The position numbers and the translations under genes are program-made. Positions 41,431 through 53,169 of a stretch of DNA of 64,000 nt are shown in pieces; position 1 is the stretch's first letter; each line of letters starts with the position of its first letter. The DNA lies in the NCBI RefSeq assembly GCF_009914755.1, contig NC_060929.1; one strand, written 5' to 3'. Source of the stretch: the human T2T-CHM13v2.0 reference genome, Homo sapiens. Below the pieces are notes generated by a model. It searched no databases and was not told the origin of the DNA. It saw only the letters and a program-made list of their open reading frames with translations.

Positions 41431-44136
41431 ATTTTGAACAGATACATCAGCAATACTGATTCTTCAATGTGATCATTCTTAATAATCTTCCAATGGCCCT
41501 GTGGCCCTAAATTCCTGTTCTGCATAGTTTAGGTGCAGACATTTTTAAAGTGTGAACATTTTTTGCCACCCTTCCCTCCCAAGAACACCCTCCTGCCAGG
41601 GGCCTATTTTGAGGACTTTTTATGAAGAAAAACCACATGCTGGATGGACGCTGAAATGCAAACCAGGAAAACAGTTATAGCTATTAGCTATCTCATTGCT
41701 TTTGGCTAAGTTACAAAAGCACTTTGGGCTTCAAGATCAATCAAACAAGGTATCTAAATTCCCTTTCAGGTTCTCAGAAGTATATAATTGCAAGGCTATT
41801 AAAAGCTTCTGGTTTGGGATTAGGGACACATTAGTACAATAACCTCAATAACTTCAAAAATGCCAGGAAAATGCTATTTTCAAAGAAAAGAATAACAACT
41901 CTTTAAAGGTAACATTCATAATTTCTATTCTAACATTATTTGAGATGTTCTATGTTTAAATAGTGGCAATTTTTATTAGGAGTAGAGTTTATTTTTAGCA
42001 AAGTGTTGTGAGGTTTGTTCTCCTACATCAGCATATATGTCATAAGTTATTAATTTCTAACGTTCACCTTATATTGTGCCATATGTGAGACCAGCTGTAC
42101 AAAGTTAATGTGAAAAGATTACACTTTAGAACAAATAGCCTCAACACATGTGATTTGTTTCTGTTGGAGGGCATATACACCTTTGGAAAATGATACCTAA
42201 GAACATTAACAGATTTCTCAACTACTGTTTTAGTTTAATACCTCGGTAAACTGAAGCTTTCTCAGGTAAACTAATTATTTTTGTTTCTTTTCAAACAATC
42301 TCAAAGTAGCAGAAACATTTCAGGAACAGAACATTTTCCCCTCTGAACCATATGAGTAAGTTTCTGACCTGATGCTTCATGCCCCACTAAAACATTACCG
42401 TCTATTTCCTACAAAGGACATTCCCCATACCATCACAATACAACCATTAAAATCAAGAAATGAATATATATGAAGCACCATCTCATCCCCACACCCCATC
42501 TAAGTTTCAAAAAAAAGTCCCTATAACGCACTTGGTAGCAAAAGGTTCCAGCTCAGAATCACACATTGCCGTTGGCTATCACTTCTCTCTAATGTGGCTT
42601 CACTCTGGACCTGTGACAGTCTCTTCTGACTTTTCCATAACCTTGACACTTTTTAAAATTCCAAGACAGTTCTGCTCTAATATGATTATATTTGAGGTAG
42701 GCATCTTTGGCAGGAAGATCATAGAAGTGATGCTGTGCTCTTCTCACCAGATCGTCTCAGATGGCATACCATTTTTTTGGTCTTTGATCATTTGATCAAA
42801 GTGCTGTCTGCCAAGCTTCTCCACTATAAAGTTACTCTTTTTCCCTTGATATTAGTAAGCATATTCTGAAGAGTTACTTTGAATCTTTAGTACTTTGTAC
42901 CCCATCAAAGTTTTCATTGATTTATTTTTTAATTTGCTTCAGTTGGTACTCATGAATCCCCATATTATTAAATGGGTTACAATCCACTAATATTATTATT
43001 TATTTTGATGCTCAATTTTGTCCCAGATTTGTCCAGTGGGAACCCCTTCATATTGGCTCCTGTATCTTTTTGACATGACTCATTATCCTTTGAGCACTCC
43101 ATTGCTTTCTGGCACAAGATGTTCTAGGCTTATCTGCTACTTTCCCACACTAGCCCTGAAATCAGCCATTTCTCCAAGAAGCCTTGGTTACTATTAGTAA
43201 AGAATGGTATTTAGAACCCAAGATCTGGGTGCTAAGTATACTCATCACTACTGGAAATCACTGCTAAGAATACATGTGCACATATTCATATACACATACA
43301 ACTTATAATGTATATCATATACACTTATGTATATGATATGCATGATACGTATTCATCATACATATATTTACACATATACTTGTTTAAAGCTATATACCTA
43401 TATAGACTTAAGTAAAGAGATAGGGATTTAATGTCATGGATTCCCATGGATACTGCCAACTGCAATCCAACACCACAGGGTTCATTCTACTTTTTCTCTA
43501 TCTTTATTTCATTCTTCTCTAGTGAAAAACCTAGATCCTATTATCTTTCCTAGATTTAATTATTTGATCCATCACCCTGTATACTGCTAAACTGTCATTG
43601 CTACTGCCACACCTGTCCCCACAGAGATGTCTCCTTACCCACTCAGGCTCCAACCTCCATCGCTGGTCTGACCCTCCTACATGCTTTCCTCCACATCTTG
43701 TTTGGGATCAAACATCACCCATCTGCTGCTCCTGCACAAAAGCCTTGTTAAACTTGCTCAACTCTGGGATCCTGTGTCAAGCTGCCCGCTGCAGGAGCAA
43801 CCATTCACTGTGCTCAGGCCCTAATACTCCACACCAGGCTGCCCTCCTGCCTGATGCCATCCTTACCAGGGTCAGCCTCAGATATCCTGATCTGGTCCCC
43901 TTGGGCTCCACCCACTTAGTGAGGATGTCTCCTTGCTCTTCCCCACCAAATAACTATAGGACCTATGGAGGGAAAGATGAGAGGGAGGAGGGAAGGGAAC
44001 GAGGGTGACAGAAGATGAGGAAGAGTCAGTTGCCCTAATTCTTAACAAATGTTTTCAACATATAATTTTTTTGTGATGATAAATTTAGGGTAAAAATGGT
44101 CATGCATCAGAAACATCACTATTAAAAGTAGGCTTA

Positions 44137-44452
44137 GGCTGGGCACCGTAGCTCTCGCCTATAATCCCAACACTTTGGGAGGCTGAGGCAGGAAGATCGC
44201 TTGAGCCTAGGAGTTCAAGGCCAGCCTAGGCAACCTAGTGAAACCCCATCTCTACAAAAAATACAAAAATTAGCCGGGTGTGGTGGCATATGCCTGTAGT
44301 CCCAGCCATGTGGGAGGCTGAAGTGGGAGGATCTCTTGAGCCCAGAAGGTCAAGGCTGCCCTGAGCCATGAGTGTGCCTCGGTACTCCAGCCTGAGTGAC
44401 AGAGTGAGACCCTGTCTCAAAAATTAAATGAATGAATGAATGAATAAATAAA
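44137..44452 (+). mobile_element. Alu (J-like)
   Basis: TSD taaaagtaggctta at 44123-44136 and 44453-44466. Confidence 0.93.
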
Positions 44453-44492
44453 TAAAAGTAGGCTTATGGTTCATCTGTTCCATTTAAACAGA

Positions 44493-44764
44493 TTTTGGTC
44501 TTTGATCATTTGATCAAAGTGCTGTCTGCCAAGCTTCTCCACCATAAAGTTACTCTTTTTCCCTTGATATTAATGAGCACATTCTGAAGAGTTACTCTGA
44601 ATCTTTAATACTTTGTACCCCATCAAACTTTTCATTGACTCCTTTTTAAATTTACATCAGTGGGTACTCATGAATTCCCATATTATTAAATGAGTTGCAA
44701 TCCACTAATATCATTATTTATTTGATGCTCAATTTGTCCCAGATTTGTCCAGTGGGAACCCCTT
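44493..44764 (+). repeat. ~270-bp direct copy of 42775-43048 (old L1M-like fragment)
   Basis: Colinear match starting ttttggtctttgatcatttgatcaaagtg and ending gtccagtgggaacccctt; TTTAAA on both sides. Confidence 0.9.
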
Positions 44765-46441
44765 TAAATGTCCTTAAAGGTAAAAACTGCCAGCATGTTC
44801 TACTGAGATATGGACTAACAATGTCAGTCAGACATATGTGGGTGCTTGAATAGTATTTGCTTCAAAAATATTTATTACTAGAAAGCTGCTGTGTTTGGGG
44901 TGAGAGGTTAGTAGGGAAGGGGGTTCATAAAGGGAATGCAAAAGCCACGTCCTCTGGAAGTTAAAAGGATCATTTTAAATGATTCTACTGCAAACATTTT
45001 TCAAAAGATAAACATGACCCATTTCTCCAATTTGTGTCATGTAATAGTAATAATAATGATATTTAAATACTCCCACTGATATATCCTTTACAAAGATATA
45101 TTATATGTCTTATTTAATCAAAAAACCTTAAAACAGTCCCTGTACCTAATTTTATTCCAGGACTCAAACTGTGTCAGCATGTCATTCAGTGCAAATCAGA
45201 CATTTAGATGCATAGGCTATGCTGTCAGTAGTTCTGAACTTTCATAGACATTTCCAATTAGCTCGGAGAGACAACTGGATATTGTGTTTAAGCACTGTGT
45301 TTAGGAAAACAGGCACTGGATGGACCAATGCCAAATTTCCTGCTCTGCTGCTTAACTAAGTATGTGTAATTACTTGGGCAATTAAGCAATTACTTGGGCA
45401 ATTACATAAGCCAAGCCCCAATTTCTTCATCTTGAGCCCAGAAGGTCAAGGCTGCAGTGAGCCGTGAATGTGCCTCTGCCCTCCAGCCTGAGCGACAGAG
45501 TGAGAATTCCCCAGGAGTGCAGAGGTTCTCAGAACTGCAATACTCTGAGATGAATTTTGAAAGGTGAATCAGGGATAGAAGAATTAGGGATACCCAGAAA
45601 GGAGAAAAATGTTCTAGACAATTCTTTTTTCTTTTTTCAGCTGGAACTAAAAAAATGCTAACTCATAGGGCTATACATTTATAACTATTCTTATTATTAA
45701 AATTTGACTCAAAGTCTTAGGTTAACAGACAACCTGTGTCTAAGTATGTAGGCCTATACATCTAGGTCAAAAATATCCAGTAAACCTCACAATATCCTTT
45801 GGCAAAGAGAAAAATGAATTTCCCAGAGATCAATACCGAATCTAGAAAACAAGCTGAGAGTGCCTGACAATTTTTAATTCTGGCTTAAATTCGATGCTAA
45901 CTTCATAACTTTTGTCTTGTACATTATTCCACAATTTTAGCTTACGTGGAGCTAAAAGAGCAGAACTTATACCATATACATAGAGTGACATCCCCTCCCC
46001 CATTCATCTTATTGATTTACACCTTCATTTATTCCACTTTCATTTGTTTCCTACCTTTTTTTTTTTTTTTCCTTTAGAGATCTTCTCTGCATATCAACTT
46101 AACCCTGACGCCTATGGAATAAGTATTTACCTAACAGTGCACTGTCTAGGCCATATCATTTTAAAGCTGTGGTTTTTAACCAGCTTAAAATCACATTTAA
46201 AGCTACATGGAGAGCTGATGAAACTCCTTAATGCCCACACTGAATCCCAAGCCAAATGAACCAGAGTTTTGCGGGAAAAGATCCAGGTATCAGGATTTTT
46301 CAAGCTCTCTGGTGATTCTGACATACAGTCAAGTAGAGAATCAAAGTTCTACAATGAATCCAGAATGCACTGGTTCTCAGAACTGCAATACTCTGAGGTG
46401 AACCAGGGATAGAAGAATTGGAGATACCCAGAAGGGGGAAA
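44691..46441 (+). repeat. Source segment of the local duplication (block A 44691-45580, block B 45569-46441)
   Basis: A matches 50323-51211 as reverse complement; B matches 51209-52081 directly with offset 5640. Confidence 0.95.
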
Positions 46442-46459
46442 AATGTCCTGGACAATTCT

Positions 46460-46755
46460 GTTTCTTTTTCTTTCTTTTTTTTTGAGACAGTTTTGCACTG
46501 TCACCCAGGCTGGAGCTTAGTGGCACCATCACCATCATAGCTCACTGCAGCCTCAAACTTTGGACTGAAGCAATCTTTCTGCCTTGGCATCCCAAGCACC
46601 TGGGACTACTGGTGTACATCACCACAACCGCACTTTTAATTTTTTTTTTTTTTTTTAATAAAGAAGGGACCTTGCTATGTTGCCCAGGGTGGTCTTGAAC
46701 TCCTGGATTCCAGCCATCCTCCCACCTCAGCGCCCAAAAGTGCTGGGATTACAGG
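46460..46755 (-). mobile_element. Alu (J-like), 5'-truncated
   Basis: TSD cctggacaattct at 46447-46459 and 46756-46768. Confidence 0.9.
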
Positions 46756-47401
46756 CCTGGACAATTCTTTATAAGTGGTATTATGGAAAAGAGATGTGGC
46801 ACAAGGAAATCTGCGAAGGAACCCAAGATGTTCTGTCCAAGTTGTTAACAACTAGACGTTTTAAAAGGCATTTATAAAAATTAATAGTCTTACCTTTTGA
46901 TTATCCTTCCTTCTCTATGGTGTGTTACAAAAATTCCACATCTTACAAGCCCATGAAAATAAATTCCCATGAGAGTTTGAAAACTTTTTGCAGAATAATG
47001 TCCCAATTTTAGTTACTGGTGGCCAATATTTACCAGCTTGAGAGGTGGTCTTTTATTACCCTTACTGGCTGGTAACATTTATGACACAGAAACTTGCAAT
47101 AGGTTGGATGGAATCCTTTCAATATGAAAAGTAATTATAAACAGGTGAAGGTAGAATGGCAACTTTCGTGTTGGCTTTGTTAATGTTTTGCACGTAATCC
47201 CTCTGTCAAAGTGTCTTAAACAATAAAACAACAAGCAAAAATCTCACACATACACACACACACATGCACACACACATTTTGTTTTCAAAGACCACGGTGT
47301 AAAATGAAGATACACACACGTTATCCTGTAAGTTGTGGATCTTTGGTTGGCTAGTTGGTTATGATGTTTTTTCCCCTACTCAGCTCTAAAAAAACATCCT
47401 C

Positions 47402-47772
<371 letters not shown>

Positions 47773-47899
47773 TCAAGAAAAGGGAGTAGGCCTTGGGGAA
47801 ATGTGGCTTTCAAAATTCATGCCATATTTGCCCAAGCCAAGTCGCTAGCTGGTCCCTGCAACCACCCACACACCCCACTGCCTTCTTCCTAGGAAAAAC

Positions 47900-48650
47900 C
47901 AGACTCTGCCCTGTTACCTACGCGCCCGACTCGCGGGGCGCTGTTCGTTCAAGACTCGCCCCAAAGAGCGCAGGAACGCGAGCCGCAGCAGTTTCAGGGT
48001 TCAGCTTAGGTGACACAAACGTAGCTAATGGGAGGCCGCCGCCGACTCTCCCACCCGCCCTTACCAGCATCCCCGCGCCTCTCCCCGCCACCCTTGCCCG
48101 GCGCGCCGGCGATGCCCTCTGCCCGCGGGGACCCGAGCCTCGCGCGCCCTCCGCCCTCCCTACCCTGGACCCTGTACCCATCACACCTGGGGCACTGCCG
48201 TCCGCCGAGCTTGGGCGCGCGGCAGCGAGAAGGCACTGGAGGAGGAGCAGCCGGGGCGTACGCGCCCTGGCCTCCAGCAGGCCGGGGAGGGCGCGCATGG
48301 CGCCAGAGGGTCCGCCTGGGTCCTCGTGGAGACTGCTCCCTCAGCTCGCCGCCGCGGGTGTCCAGAGTCCCTGCGCACACTCGCAGGTGGCCCGGCGCTC
48401 GCAGCCAGTGCCGCGGGTAGGACGCTGAAGAAAAGGCGGCATGGGAGGGGCCCGGCCGCCTTGCCCCACTCCCCCGAGACGCTCTTACCGCGCCCGGCCC
48501 TCCATCAGTTATGCAGCCCTCAGCCGGCTGCTGGCGTTCCCGGATGTGCGGTGGCGGTGCTACTTCCCGGCTGCAGCCTCTCCGGCCTCCGCCCTCTCGG
48601 CTCTAGCAGGTCGGGAGAGAGCTTGGGCAGGTGATGTCTAGCCAATCTCG
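47900..48650 (-). promoter_or_regulatory. EMB: CpG island promoter, 5'UTR and exon 1 of EMB
   Basis: Sharp rise in GC and CpG density in an otherwise AT-rich window; GC-box-like motifs; spans the start codon. Confidence 0.92.
48187..48298 (-). CDS. EMB: Embigin coding exon 1 (signal peptide, MRALPGLLEA...ADGSAP)
   Basis: ATG at 48298 inside a CpG island; 112 nt; donor CAG|GTGTGA at 48187/48186; phase 1 joins exon 2 in frame; peptide recognised as the embigin N-terminus. Confidence 0.97.
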
Positions 48651-50322
48651 TGGGGAGAGGTCGAAACTCTGCCTACAGACTGGCCTTTGCACTTCACCTG
48701 AGGCAGGTTTCACTAATTTGCTTTGATGGGACAGATGAGAGACACTTTTCTCCTCCCGGACCCCGGACATCTTTGGGCTTTCTTACGAGGGAGGCTTATT
48801 TTTGCGCAGGTGTAAGGTTTTATCCAGCTGCCAGACAACTTGTGTTAATCTTTCTTTGCTTTGCCTACCAATCACACACATTCTCTCTTCTAGTCTCTGA
48901 AGGCTTAACTGATTTTCTCCGGATGAAGGTTTTAGAGTCCCAAGGCCCCATACCGTGTCTGATTTTACTTTATTTTTGTTTGTTAAGCCTAACAGCTTCT
49001 GAGGAGCCACCTAGAGCTCAAGAAGCAAAAGCTACTGAGAGTAGATACTATGTAAACTGCACAAGACATTGACCTTTGTTAAATCCGAACACTCTTTAAG
49101 ATAATGCTCTTACCCACAAGGCTGTAGCTTGGAATATTCAGTGCTCTGAACCAAATTAAATAAATTAGTGCTTTATCCGGGAGGGGAGGAGAAATCTATA
49201 TTGTAACATTGAAACACATTGATTTGATTTCTCTCCAGGATGTTATAACGCATTAAAAGATATTTTTAAAATTTTTCACGAGCTTTGTTTCCTCTCCCTT
49301 TATTTTTTTGAAGTTCAGCTTTCACATTCGTAAATTCAAAATATATCGGCGTTAAAAAAAAAAAGGATTGGAAATAACATGAGACAAATTTTGAAAATTG
49401 AGCTATTTAACAAAACCTGTGTTTATTCCAGGCAGGAATGGTTAATTTGTAATTGGTACGTATTACTAAAACACGTCTGTTTCTGGTTTAGTATTATATG
49501 CACAAAACTTTGGAAACAGAATGTAGATTCTTCAAATTGGCAGTGAGATAATATGAATAATACAATTCATTCAACAATATTATCTACCAGGTGCCAATCT
49601 ACCATTGTGTTCAAAAGAGGCTAGATAGGCACACATGCACAAATGCACGCATGCACACATGTACACACACACACACACACAAATTAGACAACTGTTTATC
49701 TGTGAATGACAAATCTCAGAAAAGCCTCTTCTCAGAAAATTATGGTCAAAATGATTAAAATCTTCTGAATGAAACTTTAAAAGATGCCTTCAAGGACTAA
49801 ATCTTATACACTGTTGACCCTCTGAGGGCATTGACTGGGCTTGCTAAACCCAAATTGCCTAATCAATGGCTGCTACATCACACCTCTTTCTTTCAACCCT
49901 GCATCTGGTCTCAGGACTAACTGCACACATTTCCCTATAATTAGGTAGAGTGTCAACAGTAAGCACTTCTCACCTCAAACTAAACTCTGACTGACTTTTC
50001 CCAGTTAGTCTCATAAAATCCTTAGACACAAATTCACCCTTCTTAAAGAAACATTTTTTTCAGTTGAATCAGCCTATTTATGACCAGAAAAACTTACTTA
50101 CCCCAGTTGATGCTGATCCCCACTGTTGCTTTTGCTGTTGGAACAAAAGAGTTGAGAAAGAAATATAATTCTCATTTTGCTAAGCATTTTGAAAGTCTTT
50201 TCATCACTGTTCCTGTTCTATATTTAGATATTTGATATTTCCAGCCTTATGTACATTCCACTTTTTCAAATGCTCCATATCCTTTAAAACAAGCTTATTG
50301 ACTGCCTTCCCTATATAACTTT

Positions 50323-52081
50323 TTCTATCCCTGATTCACCTTTCAAAATTCATCTCAGAGTATTGCAGTTCTGAGAACCTCTGCACTCCTGGGGAATTCT
50401 CACTCTGTTGCTCAGGCTGGAGGGCAGAGGCACATTCACGGCTCACTGCAGCCTTGACCTTCTGGGCTCAAGACGAAGAAATTGGGGATTGGCTTAAGTA
50501 ATTGCCCAAGTAATTGCTTAAGTAATTGCCCAAGTAATTACACATACTTAGTTAAGCAGCAGAGCAGGAAATTTGGCATTGGTCCATCCAGTGCCTGTTT
50601 TCCTAAACACAGTGCTTAAACACAATATCCAGTTGTCTCTCCGAGCTAATTGGAAATGTCTATGAAAGTTCAGAACTACTGACAGCATAGCCTATGCATC
50701 TAAATGTCTGATTTGCACTGAATGACATGCTGACACAGTTTGAGTCCTGGAATAAAATTAGGTACAGGGACTCTTTTAAGGTTTTTTGATTAAATAAGAC
50801 ATATAATATATCTTTGTAAAGGACATATCAGTGGGAGTATTTAAATATCATTATTATTACTATTACATGACACAAATTGGAGAAATGGGTCATGTTTATC
50901 TTTTGAAAAATGTTTGCAGTAGAATCATTTAAAATGATCCTTTGACTTCCAGAGGACGTGGCTTTTGCATTCCCTTTATGAACCCCCTTCCCTACTAACC
51001 TCTCACCCCAAACACAGCAGCTTTCTAGTAATAAATATTTTTGAAGCAAATACTATTCAAGCACCCACATATGTCTGACATTGTTAGTCCATATCTCAGT
51101 AGAACATGCTGGCAGTTTTTACCTTTAAGGACATTTAAAGGGGTTCCCACTGGACAAATCTGGGACAAATTGAGCATCAAATAAATAATAATATTAGTGG
51201 ATTGCAACTCAGGGATAGAAGTATTGGGGATACCCAGAAGAGAGAAAAATGTTCTAGACAATTCTTTTTTCTTTTTTCAGCTGGAACTAAAAAAATGCTA
51301 ACTCATAGGGCTATACATTTATAACTATTCTTATTATTAAAATTTGACTCAAAGTCTTAGGTTAACAGACAACCTGTGTCCAAGTATGTAGGCCTATACA
51401 TCTAGGTCAAAAATATCCAGTAAACCTCACAATATCCTTTGGCAAAGAGAAAACTGAATTTCGCAGAGATCAATACCGAATCTAGAAAACAAGCTGAGAG
51501 TGCCTGACAATTTTTAATTCTGGCTTAAATTCGATGCTAACTTCATAACTTTTGTCTTGTACATTATTCCACAATTTTAGCTTACATGGAGCTAAAAGAG
51601 CAGAACTTATACCATATACGTAGAGTGACATCCCCTCCCCCATTCATCTTATTGATTTACACCTTCATTTATTCCACTTTCATTTGTTTCCTACCTTTTT
51701 TTTTTTTTTCTCTTTAGAGATCTTCTCTGCATATCAACTTAACCCTGATGCCTATGGAATAAGTATTTACCTAACAGTGCACTGTCTAGGCCATATCATT
51801 TTAAAGCTGTGGTTTTTAACCAGCTTAAAATCACATTTAAAGCTACATGGAGAGCTGATGAAACTCCTTAATGCCCACACTGAATCCCAAGCCAAATGAA
51901 CCAGAGTTTTGCGGGAAAAGATCCAGGTATCAGGATTTTTCAAGCTCTCTGGTGATTCTGACATACAGTCAAGTAGAGAATCAAAGTTCTACAATGAATC
52001 CAGAATGCACTGGTTCTCAGAACTGCAATACTCTGAGGTGAACCAGGGATAGAAGAATTGGAGATACCCAGACGGGGGAAA
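50323..52081. repeat. Rearranged copy of the intron-1 segment (inverted A plus direct B) flanked by the 10-bp direct repeat AACTTTTTCT
   Basis: Near-identical to 44691-46441; AACTTTTTCT at 50317-50326 and 52080-52089. Confidence 0.95.
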
Positions 52082-52275
52082 CTTTTTCTGACCTTTCTGG
52101 TCCAAATTGACCTTTTCCTCCTTGGTGAAATAAATATTGCAACAAGCACTTTGATACTCTCATCATGAAGCGTATAAAGGGGGAATAAGGGTCCTTTGTT
52201 TTCTCCCCTTGAGTTGGGTGGGCTCTTTGACTCCCCTAACCTACTGAATATTGCTGAAGAGATACTGTGTGGGCT

Positions 52276-52585
52276 GGCCAGGCGTGGTGGCTCGCGCCTG
52301 TAATTCCAGCACTTTGGGAGGCTGAGGCAGGCAGATCACAAGGTCAGGAGCTCGAGACCAGCCTGGCCAATATGGTGAAACCCCGTCTCTACTAAAAATG
52401 CAAAAAAAAAAAAAAAAAAAAAAAATTAGCTGTGCATGGTGGCGCATGCCTGTAATCCCAGATACTTGGGAAGCTAAGTCAGGAGAATTGCTTGAACCCA
52501 GGAGGCAGAGCTTGCGGCAAGCCAACATCGCACCACTGCACTCCAGCCAGGGCAACAGAGCAAGACTGTCTCAAAACAAAAAAAG
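52276..52585 (+). mobile_element. Alu (S-like) with expanded middle A-tract
   Basis: Full-length Alu consensus match. Confidence 0.92.
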
Positions 52586-53169
52586 AGAGAGAGAGATTGT
52601 GTGAGCTTTCTGTTCCAGACCACAAGAGCTTCCACTTCCTTTCTGTTGGAGATCTTGCTCATAGAAGACACCTGCCTAGTGAAAAGTACTACAGTATTAT
52701 CCTGAGACTGCCACACTGTGAGAAACCCAAACGCCATGGAGGACCCCGTAAAAATAAAGTCAGGTCAAGTAAAAAAGGAATATGAAGGTTTATTATACAT
52801 ACAGAAGAATAGTTCACAAACCAGAAGACTTCAAATCAAAAGTAGTAAGAAACTTGACGTGAGAGTTACAGTGCAGCTTATAAAGCATCAATGAGGAAGT
52901 GCATTGACCTCTGCTGTGACTGGCTATTAAAAACATATTCCTTTTTGGGCAAGTAGAGTTGTATAAACTTATTTATCTGTAACAAATTGGTTCAATTTCA
53001 TCATACTAACAAGAAAGGAAAGCTTAACTTTTGTTAATCATTAGAAATTGCATTTCAGAGAAATCAGGATAGCTTAAATTTTGGTTATGTGGCTATGAGT
53101 GGTTGACCTAAGAATATACTGTTGCCTCCATTTTGATTATACTTTAACAAATCCCTCATACAGGACCTT

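Noticed and set aside
47793-49072. Long overlapping ORFs (102-211 aa) on both strands around exon 1
   Set aside because: Expected from stop-codon scarcity in a GC-rich CpG island; the peptides are low-complexity Pro/Ala/Arg/Gly.
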